Shown here piece by piece: positions 1 through 11,199 of a DNA stretch of 64,000 nucleotides. The position numbers and the translations under genes are program-made. The DNA is taken from positions 4,624,976 to 4,688,975 of the forward strand of contig MU058065.1 of assembly GCA_013265495.1 (NCBI GenBank), in the 5' to 3' direction. Numbering within the stretch: the stretch's first letter is position 1; each line of letters opens with the position of its first letter. The stretch comes from Vicugna vicugna. Its lineage: Eukaryota. The notes below the pieces were generated by a model. It saw only the letters and a list, made by a program, of their open reading frames with translations, did not search any database and had not been told where the DNA came from.

Positions 1-205
1 GGATTTCAAAATTGTAGAATAGATAAACAAGATTACACTGTATAGCACAGGGAAATATACACAAAATGTTATGATAAATCACAGAGAAAAAAATGTGACA
101 ATGAGTGTGTATATGTCCATGAATGACTGAAAAATTGTGCTGAACACTGGAATTTGACACAACATTGTAAAATGATTATAAATCAATAAAAAATGTTAAA
201 AAAAT
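1..205 (+). mobile_element. LINE-1 3' UTR end with A-rich tail, cut by the window start (camelid/cetartiodactyl type)
   Basis: Contains AATAGATAAACAAG...TATAGCACAGGGAA...GACACAACATTGTAAA followed by AATAAA and an A-rich tail. The same block recurs at 32.1, 37.4 and 44.6 kb. Confidence 0.85.
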
Positions 206-499
206 AGTTGAAGGTGGCTTTTATATACATATTAACCTAAAATAATGACAAATTACTATACCCTCACCAAGATTACTTGTGAGTCTTTAAAAATACAAAT
301 GAGATAAAGAATTAAAAATGTAATGATGGGAAAGGAAACATTGGTCTTATTAAAGGGGAGGCAGCTTCAACAGAACTCTAGGCTAGAGCTCATCCATTGT
401 TCGACTGGAGACAGTAGAACAACATAGGACAACTGAGAAAAAGAGATCCCAAGTATCTGAAAGCCAGAATAAAGAAATACTGAAGACATGCATCTGAGG

Positions 500-605
500 A
501 GAAAAACTCCGGCCTTAGAGTTATACAGCTGTGTTCCATTTCCTGCTCAGTCACTGACCATCTCCTGACTCTGAATGCTTCACTAACTCTTTCTGGGACT
601 CACCA
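500..605 (+). mobile_element. MIR fragment
   Basis: Degenerate MIR-like text GGCCTTAGAGTTATACAGCTGTGTTCC...CTGCTCAGTCACTGACC...TCACTAACTCTTTCTGGGACTCA. Confidence 0.45.
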
Positions 606-793
606 CTACCACCAGTGCTGAATGCTTTAGTCCTCAAAGCATTTTCTAAGCCAGACCTAACTTACATTAGGGATGACGCGATGTTGAGGTTTTGCCTAGG
701 GCTTGTCCTGGTCCCAGGATCAATTCAGAAAAGGTGGAGGGGAAGATTATTAAGCTGCAGATAAAACTACTTTTATTAGCTTCTTGCTGCTAT

Positions 794-1194
794 TTATTAG
801 CTATTTGTTGCTCTAACAAATAACCACAAACTTTGTGCCTTAAAAAAGCACTAACTTTTTATTTTGCAGCTCTCGAGTTCAGAAACCTGAAATCAGACTC
901 ATTGGACTAAAATCAAGGGCTGTATTCCTTTTAGACACTCTAGACAGAATTTGCTTTCTTGTCTTTTTCCACCTTCTAGAAACGACTTGAATTCCTTGAC
1001 TTAATGAATACTTTCACTATGTTCAAAGACAGCAGTGTAGCATCTTCAACTGGGAGCCCAACTGAATAAACCAGTATACTCTCCCCATCTCAAGATTTCT
1101 TAACTGCAAAGTCCGTTTCCCATGTAAGGTGACATAATCACAGGCTGCAGAAATCAGAACGTGGACATCTTTAGCGGGAGGGAGGCCCACAGCA
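794..1194 (-). mobile_element. MaLR solo LTR (MLT1C/D-like)
   Basis: Starts TATTAG...TGCTCTAACAAATAACCACAAACT, contains AGTTCAGAAACCTGAAATCAG and ends GTGGACATCTTT...CACAGCA. This is the reverse complement of an MLT1 LTR. Confidence 0.75.
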
Positions 1195-1267
1195 TAACTT
1201 TAGTAAGGAATTGTACTTTCTGATGGTGCAAAGCTGGAAGCCAGAATGTATGCTGTTTCCTCTTTGG

Positions 1268-1785
1268 GTTTTTCAGTTATCGGTTGCTGTGTGACGACTC
1301 CCAACAGCAATAATAATTTGTTTGTTTACATGTCTGCAGACTGGGCAGGGCTTGGCCAAGACAGCTTCTCTGCTCCATGGAGCATCAACTTCAGCTTCTC
1401 AGGTGATCTACTCCCAGCAAGGCTCACTCACACGGCAGGCACTGCTGTTCTGGCTTTTGGCTGGGAGTTTGGTCAGGATCTGGGGCTTGGGGGGCTGTTT
1501 CTCTCCATGTTGTCGTTCCATAGGCTGTTTGGCTTTCTTCATGAAATGGTGGGAGGGTCTCAAGAGCAAGAGGCCCGAGAAAACCAGTCAGAAACTGTAT
1601 CGTCTTACATGATCTAGACTCTGCAGTCACATCGCTTTACTTCTGCTGTTATTACAAGGTGACTGGTATTCAAGGGAAAGGAATGCAACCCTAGAGTCTT
1701 TTTAAGAGGTGTGGAGTCTCACTGTGAGAAGACCATGTGGGACGGGGATAATGGTGTAGCCATCTTTGGAAAATAGAATTTACCA
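1268..1785 (-). mobile_element. Old MaLR LTR (MLT1F/G/H-like)
   Basis: TTATCGGTTGCTGTGTGAC...CTGGGCAGGGCTTGGC...GGCTCACTCACACGGC...GCCATCTTTGGAAAATA. It accounts for the spurious ORFs at 1246-1630. Confidence 0.65.
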
Positions 1786-2614
1786 TGAGGGTAGTCTAGA
1801 ATCTTAATTAAACCATTTTTGGTATAACTATGTAACCAATCCCTGAAAACTACATAACCCACAAGAAATTTGAAGAGGTCGACCTGGCCAACCTGTGCAC
1901 AAGCATATTGGAAGACTAGCTGTGCCTCTGGACTTAAAAAAAAAAACAACTCTTCCTTTGTTACTAAATTTGCTCAGTGGAAACTTAACAAATTCTCATA
2001 CTGATAATCAGAACTGACGTTAAATATTCCCTACTCAAAGGAAATCATCTTTATATTGCCTTCTGTTCAACTGTACTGGCATTCCCTCTTTCCTGGTAAA
2101 TGTCTTACTCTATAAATTATAGGATAAATAAGTGCAGGTGCCTTTATGTACAGCTCAGACTCATAACATCACATGTTGTGTCAAAACACGTAACTAGCCA
2201 ATAAAACATTCAATCTGTCATCTAGATGTTTTGTCTATCACCATGCCAAACATCTGGATGTTGAGACACATTTGGTGAGGGAATAGATTTTTATTTTCCA
2301 CCTGGATGTTTAACCTTGGTTGTGCACAGCTATTGAGAAGACTATGAAGCTGGAATCATTTCCAGGTCTCAGCAAATCCATCTCCTTATTTTTAAACTTG
2401 TTTGCCTGGATACCTTTAGTTAGGTAGATACACATTCATAACTAATCAAAATTAGCTTTTCTCATCTTTTGGTTTCCCTCTACATCTGTGGAAGAAAAAG
2501 CAAATGACTTTCTACTCCCCTATTCATCCCATACATGTTTCTGTGATTTTCCTTTAAAGCATCTTAAGGTATCCATTCTTCCTATCTTCCTCCTTGATGT
2601 TGTCTCTTCTTTCC

Positions 2615-3195
2615 ATCCTCCCTCTTTTCAACATATGTTTACCAAACACTTACTATGTGGGGGTTTGTTGGCCCACACCTAGTGGGATTCAGAAAATGGA
2701 GACAAAGATATAGCATCTGCCCTCAAGTTGTATGTTGCAGTGGAGAAATAGTGGAATATTGGTGTAGACAGACAAAATTCTGGAGGGATGAGGACAAAAG
2801 AGTGACTGTTTCTCTTTACAGTAAGAGACGAAAGTCAAAGAAGTCCTCACAGGGAAAATTATGTCTCAAATGGCCTTGAGGGGGTTAATAGAGATGGGCT
2901 GGAAAAAGAAGAGTGGATGGTGTCTATTTCAGGCAATGATCCAGGGTGCAAAGTGGTTCAGAGAAGGAGGGTTGCAGGGAAGGCTCCTATCAGCTCGGCA
3001 GAACAGTTGGATGGGAATTTGGCTTTGGGGCTGAGTCAGATAAAGACTACAAAGATAAGTTGTCCTATATTCTGTTGGTGACTGGTGCCATCATTTTGAA
3101 GTAGAAGAGTAACAAAGCCAGCTCTGTGTTTTATGAAGTTGTCTTTGGGAGCAGTGTAACAGGCTGCCTGAGAAAAAGGAGATTAAAAGCAGGAA
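2615..3195 (-). mobile_element. L2 3' fragment
   Basis: TTCAACATATGTTTACCAAACACTTACTATGTG, then TCTGCCCTCAAG and a purine-rich body typical of antisense L2. Confidence 0.55.
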
Positions 3196-3752
3196 GGAGG
3201 GCAACTTCATCTGAGATCTCAATAAGATTTGTGGTAGAACATGACTTCTGTAACATTGTAATTTAATTTCAAGTCAATTACACATTGCTTTCATTTATAT
3301 AAACTGCATTAAATGTGTGTCTGCAAGTCCACAGCAGAAAACTTAATTTGCCACAGAAATTTGTACATTTTGTAGTCAGGCACCATCCCACCATTCTTTC
3401 AGATGTAATTTATGGTCAGGCATTTCCAGTGGGTTATTTTAACTCATATTATTTTCATGTCATCAATACATTTATGAAAAAAGAAAGGCTATTTAAATGT
3501 GTCCAGAGACAGTTTCACTAGAGAGATCAAGGGGTCTGTTCATTCTAATGGGAGAATATTTGTAGGTTTGTCTGGGAAGCCCATTTAAACCAAATGAACT
3601 TGCAATCATGGGAAATGACAAGTTTGTATTTTAAATTCATTTGAAATGGTAACGTTCAGCTAATCCTTATTGAAGTCCAACTATTTGCCAGGTGCCAAGA
3701 AGGCAAGTGAGGGAGAATAGTATGTGCAGAGGTCCTGCGGTAGGAAAGGAGA

Positions 3753-4112
3753 TATCTTAGTCCCTTCAGGATGCTATAACAGAGACTAGGTGGCTATGAA
3801 AAACAGAATCTATTTCTCACAGTTCTGTAGGCTGGGAAGTCCAAGATCAAGGGACTGGCAGAATCAGGGTCTGGTGGGAGCCTGATTTCTGTTTCACAGA
3901 TGGTGGTCTCCTTAGTCCTCATATGCTGGAGAGAGAGCTCTGGGCTCTTCATCCCCTAATCCAGACACCAATCTCATCATGGGGGCTCTACCCTCATGAC
4001 CTCATCCAAATCTAATAATTTTCCTAAGGCCCCACCTCCAAATACCAGCACTCTGGGGATTAGCATGTCAACACATGAATTTTAGGGGAACACAAATATC
4101 CAGCGTAAACCA
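3753..4112 (-). mobile_element. MaLR solo LTR (MLT1A/MST-like)
   Basis: TATCTTAGTCC...GCTATAACA...TATTTCTCACAGTTCTG.AGGCTGGGAAGTCCAAGATCAAGG...ACATGAATTTTAGGGGAACACAAA; about 360 bp. Confidence 0.85.
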
Positions 4113-4419
4113 GAAAACTAGCAAGCATCTGCTAAGGATTTGTTTGAAAGTGAAAGGATCATGACTCAAGCATCTTTTGTGATGGTTACATTGTAAATTT
4201 TCACTGAACAACTGCTTAATTGAAAACAAGAAGAAAAATGTCCTCAGTCATAGGGAATAAAAGGCCTTACTTTATCAGAAACAGAGAACATAAACAGAGA
4301 AAAACCTCTCTAGGAGACAAAAGAGCTCTAGGAACAGAGGAAAGGAAGTTATACAGCAGGTGCTTAATAAGTAGTTGTTGCATTAGGATCCTGTTTGACT
4401 TAATGAGCAACATAACAGA

Positions 4420-4485
4420 TTGGTTAATAGGACTGTCAAGTGAACCCACATGGGTTTGAATTTGGGCTGCAATTTTTAAGCTGAG
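4420..4485 (+). mobile_element. MIR, 5' part (interrupted by an MLT1B insertion)
   Basis: GGACTGTCAAGTGAACCCACATGGGTTTGAATTTGGGCTGC...AGCTGAG. The MIR resumes at 5932. Confidence 0.6.
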
Positions 4486-4625
4486 TGTTACGGGTTTAAA
4501 TGTGCCCCCTTAATTCCAAAATTCATGCTGAAATCCCATTCCCTCAGAATGTGATCTTATTAGAAACAGGGTCATTTCAGAGGTAAGTAGATACAAGAAG
4601 TTCATACTGCAGTAGAATGGGCCCC

Positions 4626-5018
4626 CGTCTTAGTCAGCTCAAGCTGCCATAACAAAATGCCACAGACCGTGTGACTTAAACAACAGTCATTGATTGCATA
4701 GTTCTGGAGGCTGGAAGTCCAAGATCCAGGTGCCAGCATGGTCAGGTGCTGGTGAGAGCCCTCATCCTGGATTGCAGGCAGCCACCTGCTTGCTGTGTCT
4801 TCACGTGGCCTTTCCTTGGTTCCTGTGCATGGAGGAAGAAAGAGATACGGCTCCTCTTCTTCTTATAAAACCACCAGTGCTACTGGATTAGGATTCACCT
4901 CTATGATTTCATTTAACCTTAATTACTTTCTAAAAACCATATCTCTAAATACAGTCACATTGGGTATTGGGGATTCAACATATCAATTTAGGTGGGGGGC
5001 CCAATTCAGTCCATTGCA
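4626..5018 (-). mobile_element. MLT1A-like solo LTR nested in the MLT1B
   Basis: (C)GTCTTAGTCAGCTC...AGTTCTGGAGGCTGGAAGTCCAAGATC...TCAGTCCATTGCA with a perfect 5-bp TSD GCCCC at 4621-4625 and 5019-5023. Confidence 0.88.
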
Positions 5019-5260
5019 GCCCCTAATCCAGTATGACTGGTATACTTTCAAGAAGAGGAAATTTGGACACAGACACACATAGAAGGTAGACAATGTGAAG
5101 AGACACAGGGAAAAGGCAGCCAGCTAAAAGCCAAAAAAAGAAAGACCTGGATCAGATGCTTCTCTCATAGTTGTCAGACGGGAACAACCCTTCTAACACC
5201 TTGATTTCAGATTTCCAGCCTCCAGAAGTGTAAGACAACAAATTTCTATTGTTTAAAACA

Positions 5261-5880
5261 CTAATTCAAAAAGATATATATACCCCAATGTTCATAGCAG
5301 TATTATTCACAATCGCCAAAGTATGGAAGGAACCTAAGTATCAACAGATGAATGGATAAAGATGTGAGATACACACACACACACACGCACGCACACGCAC
5401 ACAGGAATACTACTCAGCCATAAAAAAGAATGCAATTTTGCCATTTGCAACAACGTGGATGGACTTGGAGGGTACTGTGCTAAGTAAAATAAGTCAGGCA
5501 GAGAAAGATGAAAAGTGTATGATATCACTCACATGTGAAATCTAAAAAAATACAACAAACCAGTGACTATAACAAAAAGAGACAGACTCATTGGTATAGA
5601 AAGCAAATTAGTGGTACCAGTGGAGAGGGAAAGAGGAGGGGCAACATAGTGGTAGGAAATTAAGAGATATAAAATATTCTGCATAAAATAAGTTAGAAAG
5701 ATATATTGTATGACACAGGGAATATAGCCAATATTTTATAATGATTATAAATGGATTATAACCTTTAAAAATTGTGAATTACTCTATAGTATGCCTATAA
5801 CTTAACATTGTACATCAATTATACTTCTTAAAAAAATTTATAAAGTTGCAAAAACAAAAACCTAACCCCGTCCCAAAAAA
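5261..5880 (+). mobile_element. LINE-1 3' end (end of ORF2 plus 3' UTR and A tail) nested in the MLT1B
   Basis: CCAATGTTCATAGCAG.ATTATTCACAAT.GCCAA, ACAGATGAATGGATAAAG, TACTACTCAGCCATAAAAAAGAATG, then an A-rich tail. Contains a (CA)n tract near 5370-5403. Confidence 0.88.
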
Positions 5881-5931
5881 AGCCACTCAATTCATGGTCC
5901 TCTTTTATAGCAATTCTCGAAAGCCAATACA

Positions 5932-6100
5932 CTGAGTAATCTTAAGACATTTCTATGCCTTCATTTTCTCACCTGTAGGATGAGAATGATGTTAATAATA
6001 CCTGCCTTTTAGGGCTGTTGTGATGATGAAATGTATTAAAATATGTAAAACTCTTAGATTAGTCAGTCACAGAAGGGGCTGTAAATATTGGTCAGCTTTT
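5932..6100 (+). mobile_element. MIR, core and 3' part
   Basis: CTATGCCTTCATTTTCTCACCTGTAGGATGAGAATGATG...ATACCTGCC...AGGGCTGTTGTGATGATGAAATG matches the MIR core. Confidence 0.75.
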
Positions 6101-6249
6101 GTTTTAATAATGCTTCCCTTAGCAACATGGAGACCTCTGTGTTTTAGAATAGGTTATATATAAGACTGTCTGCCAGATGCATTCAGTGGGTATAATGTCA
6201 TTTAATTCCCTCCATGCCCAAAGAAATTTATAGCACCAAACAAAACTAC

Positions 6250-6410
6250 ACAGCTCAGTGGAAAGCCCACCGGACCTGGCACTGGCAAGTCATGACTAGG
6301 GTAACTTCAGTTTCCTCCTTTGTAAAATGGGAATTAATTTCGTCTAGCATGTAGACTTACTGAGAAGATAAAGTGAAGAGACTGGCATCTACCCGGTGTC
6401 CAATGGCAGA
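6250..6410 (+). mobile_element. MIR fragment
   Basis: CTTCAGTTTCCTCCTTTGTAAAATGGGAAT core motif. Confidence 0.6.
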
Positions 6411-7205
6411 AGTGATGCTGAGGGGTTGAAGACTGGACCACTAGCCCTGATTTCCTTCTGCCTGGTCCTCATGATCTGTCCTGGTGGGCGGCGTCCTGCA
6501 CTGGAGCCCAGGGATCCAGCTCCCCAGGCTTCTCAGGTGTGGCTTTCGTTATTACTAATACTCGAGGTCGCCTGCCTTTCCTGCAGCTGCAGCGTTCTGC
6601 TGCTGTTAGCCTCAGTTTTTCTCCCCCTCACCCGTCAGCATTTGCACATTCCTGCAAAGCAGTGTACAGAATACAAGGCAATATTCTCCATCTGATTAAG
6701 AAACAGAAAAGACAAAACCAAGAATAAGTGAAATCCGGCCATGACAGCGAAAGACAGGACCCTTATTTTGACATGTGATACTTTGTGGGCTGACGGGCTG
6801 TGTTAAGCTCTTAGGGGCTCTGATTTCTGGAACTGCATTAACTTGTGCATTATTTTTCCATCTACCTCTCAAGGCAACGGTTCTCTCTCTGGTGATGTTA
6901 AACTTTGACCTCAAGCTTCCTGGACTTCTAAGCACCTTTGCTCACACCTGAGTGGCACCAGGAATTGTGACTTGGGTGGCTGAACACTCATTTTGGACTT
7001 GCTGACCAACTGCCAGAATGACACCCCGTGTTCATTGTGACATTTCTCCATTGTGTCCTGAAGCAGATCCAGAAAGTCACTCTGTTCTTGTTTCTTTCCA
7101 GGCCCAGTGTCACCTCTTATCCCTGCATGTTCAGAGGGACAGCTACATCTCATTTACAGGTAAGAAGGAATCACTTCCAAGTCAGGTGTTATTCGAAAGG
7201 CAGAT

Positions 7206-7206
<1 letters not shown>

Positions 7207-7241
<35 letters not shown>
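7207..7241. repeat. (CA)n microsatellite
   Basis: Perfect CA run of about 17 units. Confidence 0.97.
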
Positions 7242-7243
<2 letters not shown>

Positions 7244-8109
7244 GCTTATTTTCTCTCATTTTATTTATTGTTTTTATGAGTTTCATTTTTATTTAGGTGG
7301 TTAGTGAGTTATTTCTTGCCTCATTTATCAGATGCAAATCTCTCCTCACAAATGTAAAGCCACACACCTCACATTTACTTACCCACAGAATTTTTTTTAT
7401 TTGATATTTTAAAATATTTTGAAGTCTCCATAGTCTATTATTTGTGGGTTATATTTCTACGAAGGGGGTTGGGAACAGACTTGGGGCTATAATATTTGTC
7501 CATTTTCCTAGAAAGTCAATGGAAAGCTATCACTCTTAAAAAATAATCTAGGTCATTCCTACCAGCTCTTTTGGATGCACAGAATACAATGGTGGGGCTT
7601 GCATGCCATAGACATTTGATAAATCCAAGTTGACAATTTCAGGGAAGGACCATCTTTCTCATCAAACTTTTACAAAATCAGAGAAACATTCATCTGGCAC
7701 CTACCACTTAATGGAAAGTTTTCTCAAGTGAATTACCTTCTTTTTACCCCTATATAACCCTTATTTTCCAACAAAAAGGTCCCCTTTGTATAAATTTTAA
7801 AGAAACTTAAACTACAATGGATAAAGGAAACATAAGTATAGGCAAAATGTAGTGTTTAATATTGGAGTCACTAATTTTGTGGACATATACAATGTGTTTA
7901 GAACAGCCATTTTTGGGGGTCTTCCTTAACACTGAGCATTTTCATACTTTTGAAGCACTAGAATTAGTATATTTAAAGATGCATTTGGAAAGAAGGGAGG
8001 AAAGGAGGATAAAGGGAAGGAGAGGGGAGCAAGAAAGAAAAAGAAAAAAGCAAATTCACTCAATATGGGGCAGGAGTTACAAATATGGAAGGGTAGGAAA
8101 CTAGGGTAT

Positions 8110-9155
8110 ACACTGCGATATTGGATTGAAATTGAAGGTATCACTATGAACTCCTGCTTTATTACAGCTCTAGATAAAATGTAGATATGCTTAAAAATAT
8201 AGAGGCGTACATGTAAAATTTTTCCAGCCCCACTGAGCCTACTTAGAAGTGGCATACCACAAAATGACAGTCTCCAATAAAAGAAACCAGGGCTCCTTTG
8301 AGAAAAGACTTACTTACAAACTGGGGAAATAAGCTGGGAACTATTTTATGACCCAGAAGTAAAGGAGTGCTCAAAGAATGATGGGAATATATAAACACAC
8401 ACACACACACACACACACTCGCACATACACACACAGCTTGATGGCACAGCCAGATCTTGGACAATTTGAGCATGCAAATAAATAATGATACTATGTGTAT
8501 TATAATCCCCTGATTAAAACAGGAATTCACCAATCCGAAGTAACATAACTAAGTGAATCAGTGTATTAATGGAAGAGAAATGAAAGCCCTTCCTTACAGC
8601 AGAATGCCCATCAGTCACTATAGAAGGGATGATAAAGTCAGAAAATCGTCAATAGATAGTAAAGCTGGTGTGTAAAAGTTTCAGGAGAAGCCTGGATATC
8701 TTAAGCAAATGCTCAAGCTTAATATTAGCAACAAATCAACAGACGTGACACCCTGAGGACACAACGTCACTCCTATGTGCTGCTGTGTTCCTGATGCGCA
8801 ACTCAAACCTAGTCAGGAAGGAACAGCAGACCAACCCAAACTGATGGATATTCTGCAAGCTAATTGGCTTCTAATACTTAGAAATGTCAAGGTCAAGAAG
8901 GAACTTTTTCTTCTTAGAAAATACCCACTGAAGTATTTAGGGATGGAGGGGCGGGCATGATGTTTTCAACTTATTCTCAAATTATTTAGAAAAAATATAC
9001 GTATATATGAAGAGAGAGAGGAAAAGGAAGTGAGAAAGAATATGGTAAAACAAGAGAGTAAGGCTTATTATAAATACTTGTTAAATATAGGTATTTTAAA
9101 ATTCCTTGTACTATTCTTGAAACTTTTCTGTCAGTTTGAAATTGTATCAAAATAA
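8110..9155 (+). mobile_element. Old LINE-1 3' UTR (L1MC/L1MD-like)
   Basis: GTATCACTATGAACTC, AAAGAAACCAGGGCTCCTTTGAGAAA, TTCTTAGAAAATACCCACTGAAGTATTTAGGG and TTCCTTGTACTATTCTTG.AACTTTTCTG...TTTGAAATT...AAAATAAA. Contains a (CA)n tract at about 8395-8433. Confidence 0.75.
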
Positions 9156-10149
9156 AGAGGTTTTCTTCCTTAGTTCCAGATTTGAAAAAAAAAACAACTT
9201 GCCGAACACGAAGACTTTTTTTTTTTCTTGAAAACATCAGCAGGCTGGTTTGGACTAAGGAGTGATATTCCAGATGTGTCAAGCAGTATGTTCAATGTCT
9301 GGCTACAAAAATATTTAACTTCTTGGGTGTAATAGTCCCCAGCTGAGATTTAGACAAGTTGCTTTTATCGAGCATGCTGACACTCTAAACTCAAGAATTT
9401 GTATTTTTGAGACAAACCAGCCTCATATATAATTTATTTTATTTATGATGCTTGCTCAAGTATAGGTAGTCATTTATAGTCAGATTTTTCTACTGGTAAA
9501 CACTGGCACTGCTTAACTTCAATCAAAGCCTTTCTGTCTCAGATCTTTCTCAAAATATTCCCTTTGGAAAAGTAATATTGTGCAGCGTAAAACTGCTGTA
9601 TTCTGACGCGTAACTGCAGAATGAGGTCAGAAGCATCTGGTCACTGGTAAAGGTACGTGTCATTGTCAAAACATTGAGACAAGCCATGTGATGCACCCAC
9701 TACATTCCTGAACCTCCACAAATGTCAGTTTTAAGATCTAGCCGTCCAAATTAGAGTCTGACACTTTCAAACGTAAGTGACAAAATGAGAGATAGAGATC
9801 AGGCCAAAGCAAGGCAAAAATGCAGCTCTGTATTTGAGCAGTGGAGATAAAAACTGTGGAACGTCGAACGCATTGGCAGCTTTTCATAGTTTAGAGAAAT
9901 AAAATTTGTGCTGTTGTTAACAGTTTCTCGATACTAAGCTCATTTTAAACCGACATAGTTTTATTTCCATCTTTCGTTATTTTTTATCTCCCTGCATAGA
10001 TTTTCATTGACCTTACATTAAAATATTGGAAGTTAACCTTATATGGAATAAAATTCGCAGAGCAGAGCAACATTCTCTACTTTTTAGTGTATTTTCAGTA
10101 ATAATAATTCCTTATGTGCGTGCTGCTTTGCTGTTTGCAACACGTTTTC

Positions 10150-10495
10150 AAATATCAAGTGTTATTTTGTCTAGATTTTTTGCTAAATAAACATTGTGAT
10201 TCATCATGCTATATGTGGCTGTGGTTTTGTTCTTTTGAACAAATATAGTGCAATTTCTCTCTCCATTCTGCTGTGGATGGACATTTGGGTTGTTTCCACA
10301 TTGAGGCTCTTGTGCATGTCCTTTGGTAAACATATGAATGCATTTCTTAGCTTAGTAGGATTGCTATGTCATTAGATATGGATATCAATGCCAGTTTTCC
10401 AAAATGATTGTACCAATTTACACTCAGTTGCAGTGCGTGGAAGTCTCCATTGCTTGACCTTCTTGCCAATACTTGGTGCTGTTAGTCTTATCAAG
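10150..10495 (-). mobile_element. Old LINE-1 fragment (L1ME-like)
   Basis: TCCATTCTGCTGTGGATGGACATTTGGGTTGTTTCCA and GTTTTCCAAAATGATTGTACCAATTTACACTC. Confidence 0.7.
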
Positions 10496-11199
10496 CCAGA
10501 AGGAGGATCTGAAGGAAGGCAAATGGTTCTATTGAGATGATCCCAAAACCTGCATAAAATCACTTGTTCAAAGGCACAAGAGAGCTACTGAAACAAGAGG
10601 AACCAGAAGGGCTAAGATGCCAGGGAGGGGAGAAGTGAGGATATGTGAGTTTATGATGTGTAGCTGCTTTTGATCCTGGGGGATCTGCAGATTCTTGGTG
10701 TGGGCAACAGGCTGAGAATCCAGGGCCCGTCCTGAGAATGAAACTGGGAAGTGGTGCACGAGCAGAACTTTTTGTTGTTCTATAAAACTAGAAAGACAAA
10801 AATGGGGACTTTAAAGGACTCTAACACACAGCCAGTTTTTCCCTCCAGCACATCTGCTGAATTTTGAAGCTGCAAGAGATGAGGAATTAAATGGCTAAAT
10901 TGGGAACATCTGAAAACTAAGGCAGACTGTTCCTCTGTCCCACGCTGTTGAATAGATTAAGATTAGCACGCAGATCCCACAAGGGACTGGACCTTTGGGA
11001 ATGCCCTGGGTCTCCATCTAATGATCTAGAGGGCTATGTTCCAGAAACAGGAGAGAACCAGAGGAAGACTGAGCCTTAACTTTACAAACATGGCCTCAAA
11101 TGTGTTCTTGATTGGAGAAGAGTAATAAGCCCCACTTTCTTTGAGTGGTAGAGGAAAGTATGAATCCATTCCAGAGATGATAATCTCACTTGAAATACT

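Larger units (their letters stand above)
4486..5931 (+). mobile_element. MLT1B-like solo LTR, split into three pieces (4486-4625, 5019-5260, 5881-5931)
   Basis: TG...CA termini (TGTTACGGG... / ...CCAATACA) with a perfect 5-bp TSD CTGAG at 4481-4485 and 5932-5936. Internal text includes CCCTAATCCAGTATGACTGG and CCTTGATTTCAGATTTCCAGCCTCCAGAA. Confidence 0.85.

Noticed and set aside
1246..1630. ORFs of 123, 96 and 68 aa
   Set aside because: They lie inside an MLT1 LTR, resemble no protein family I recognise and have no splice context.
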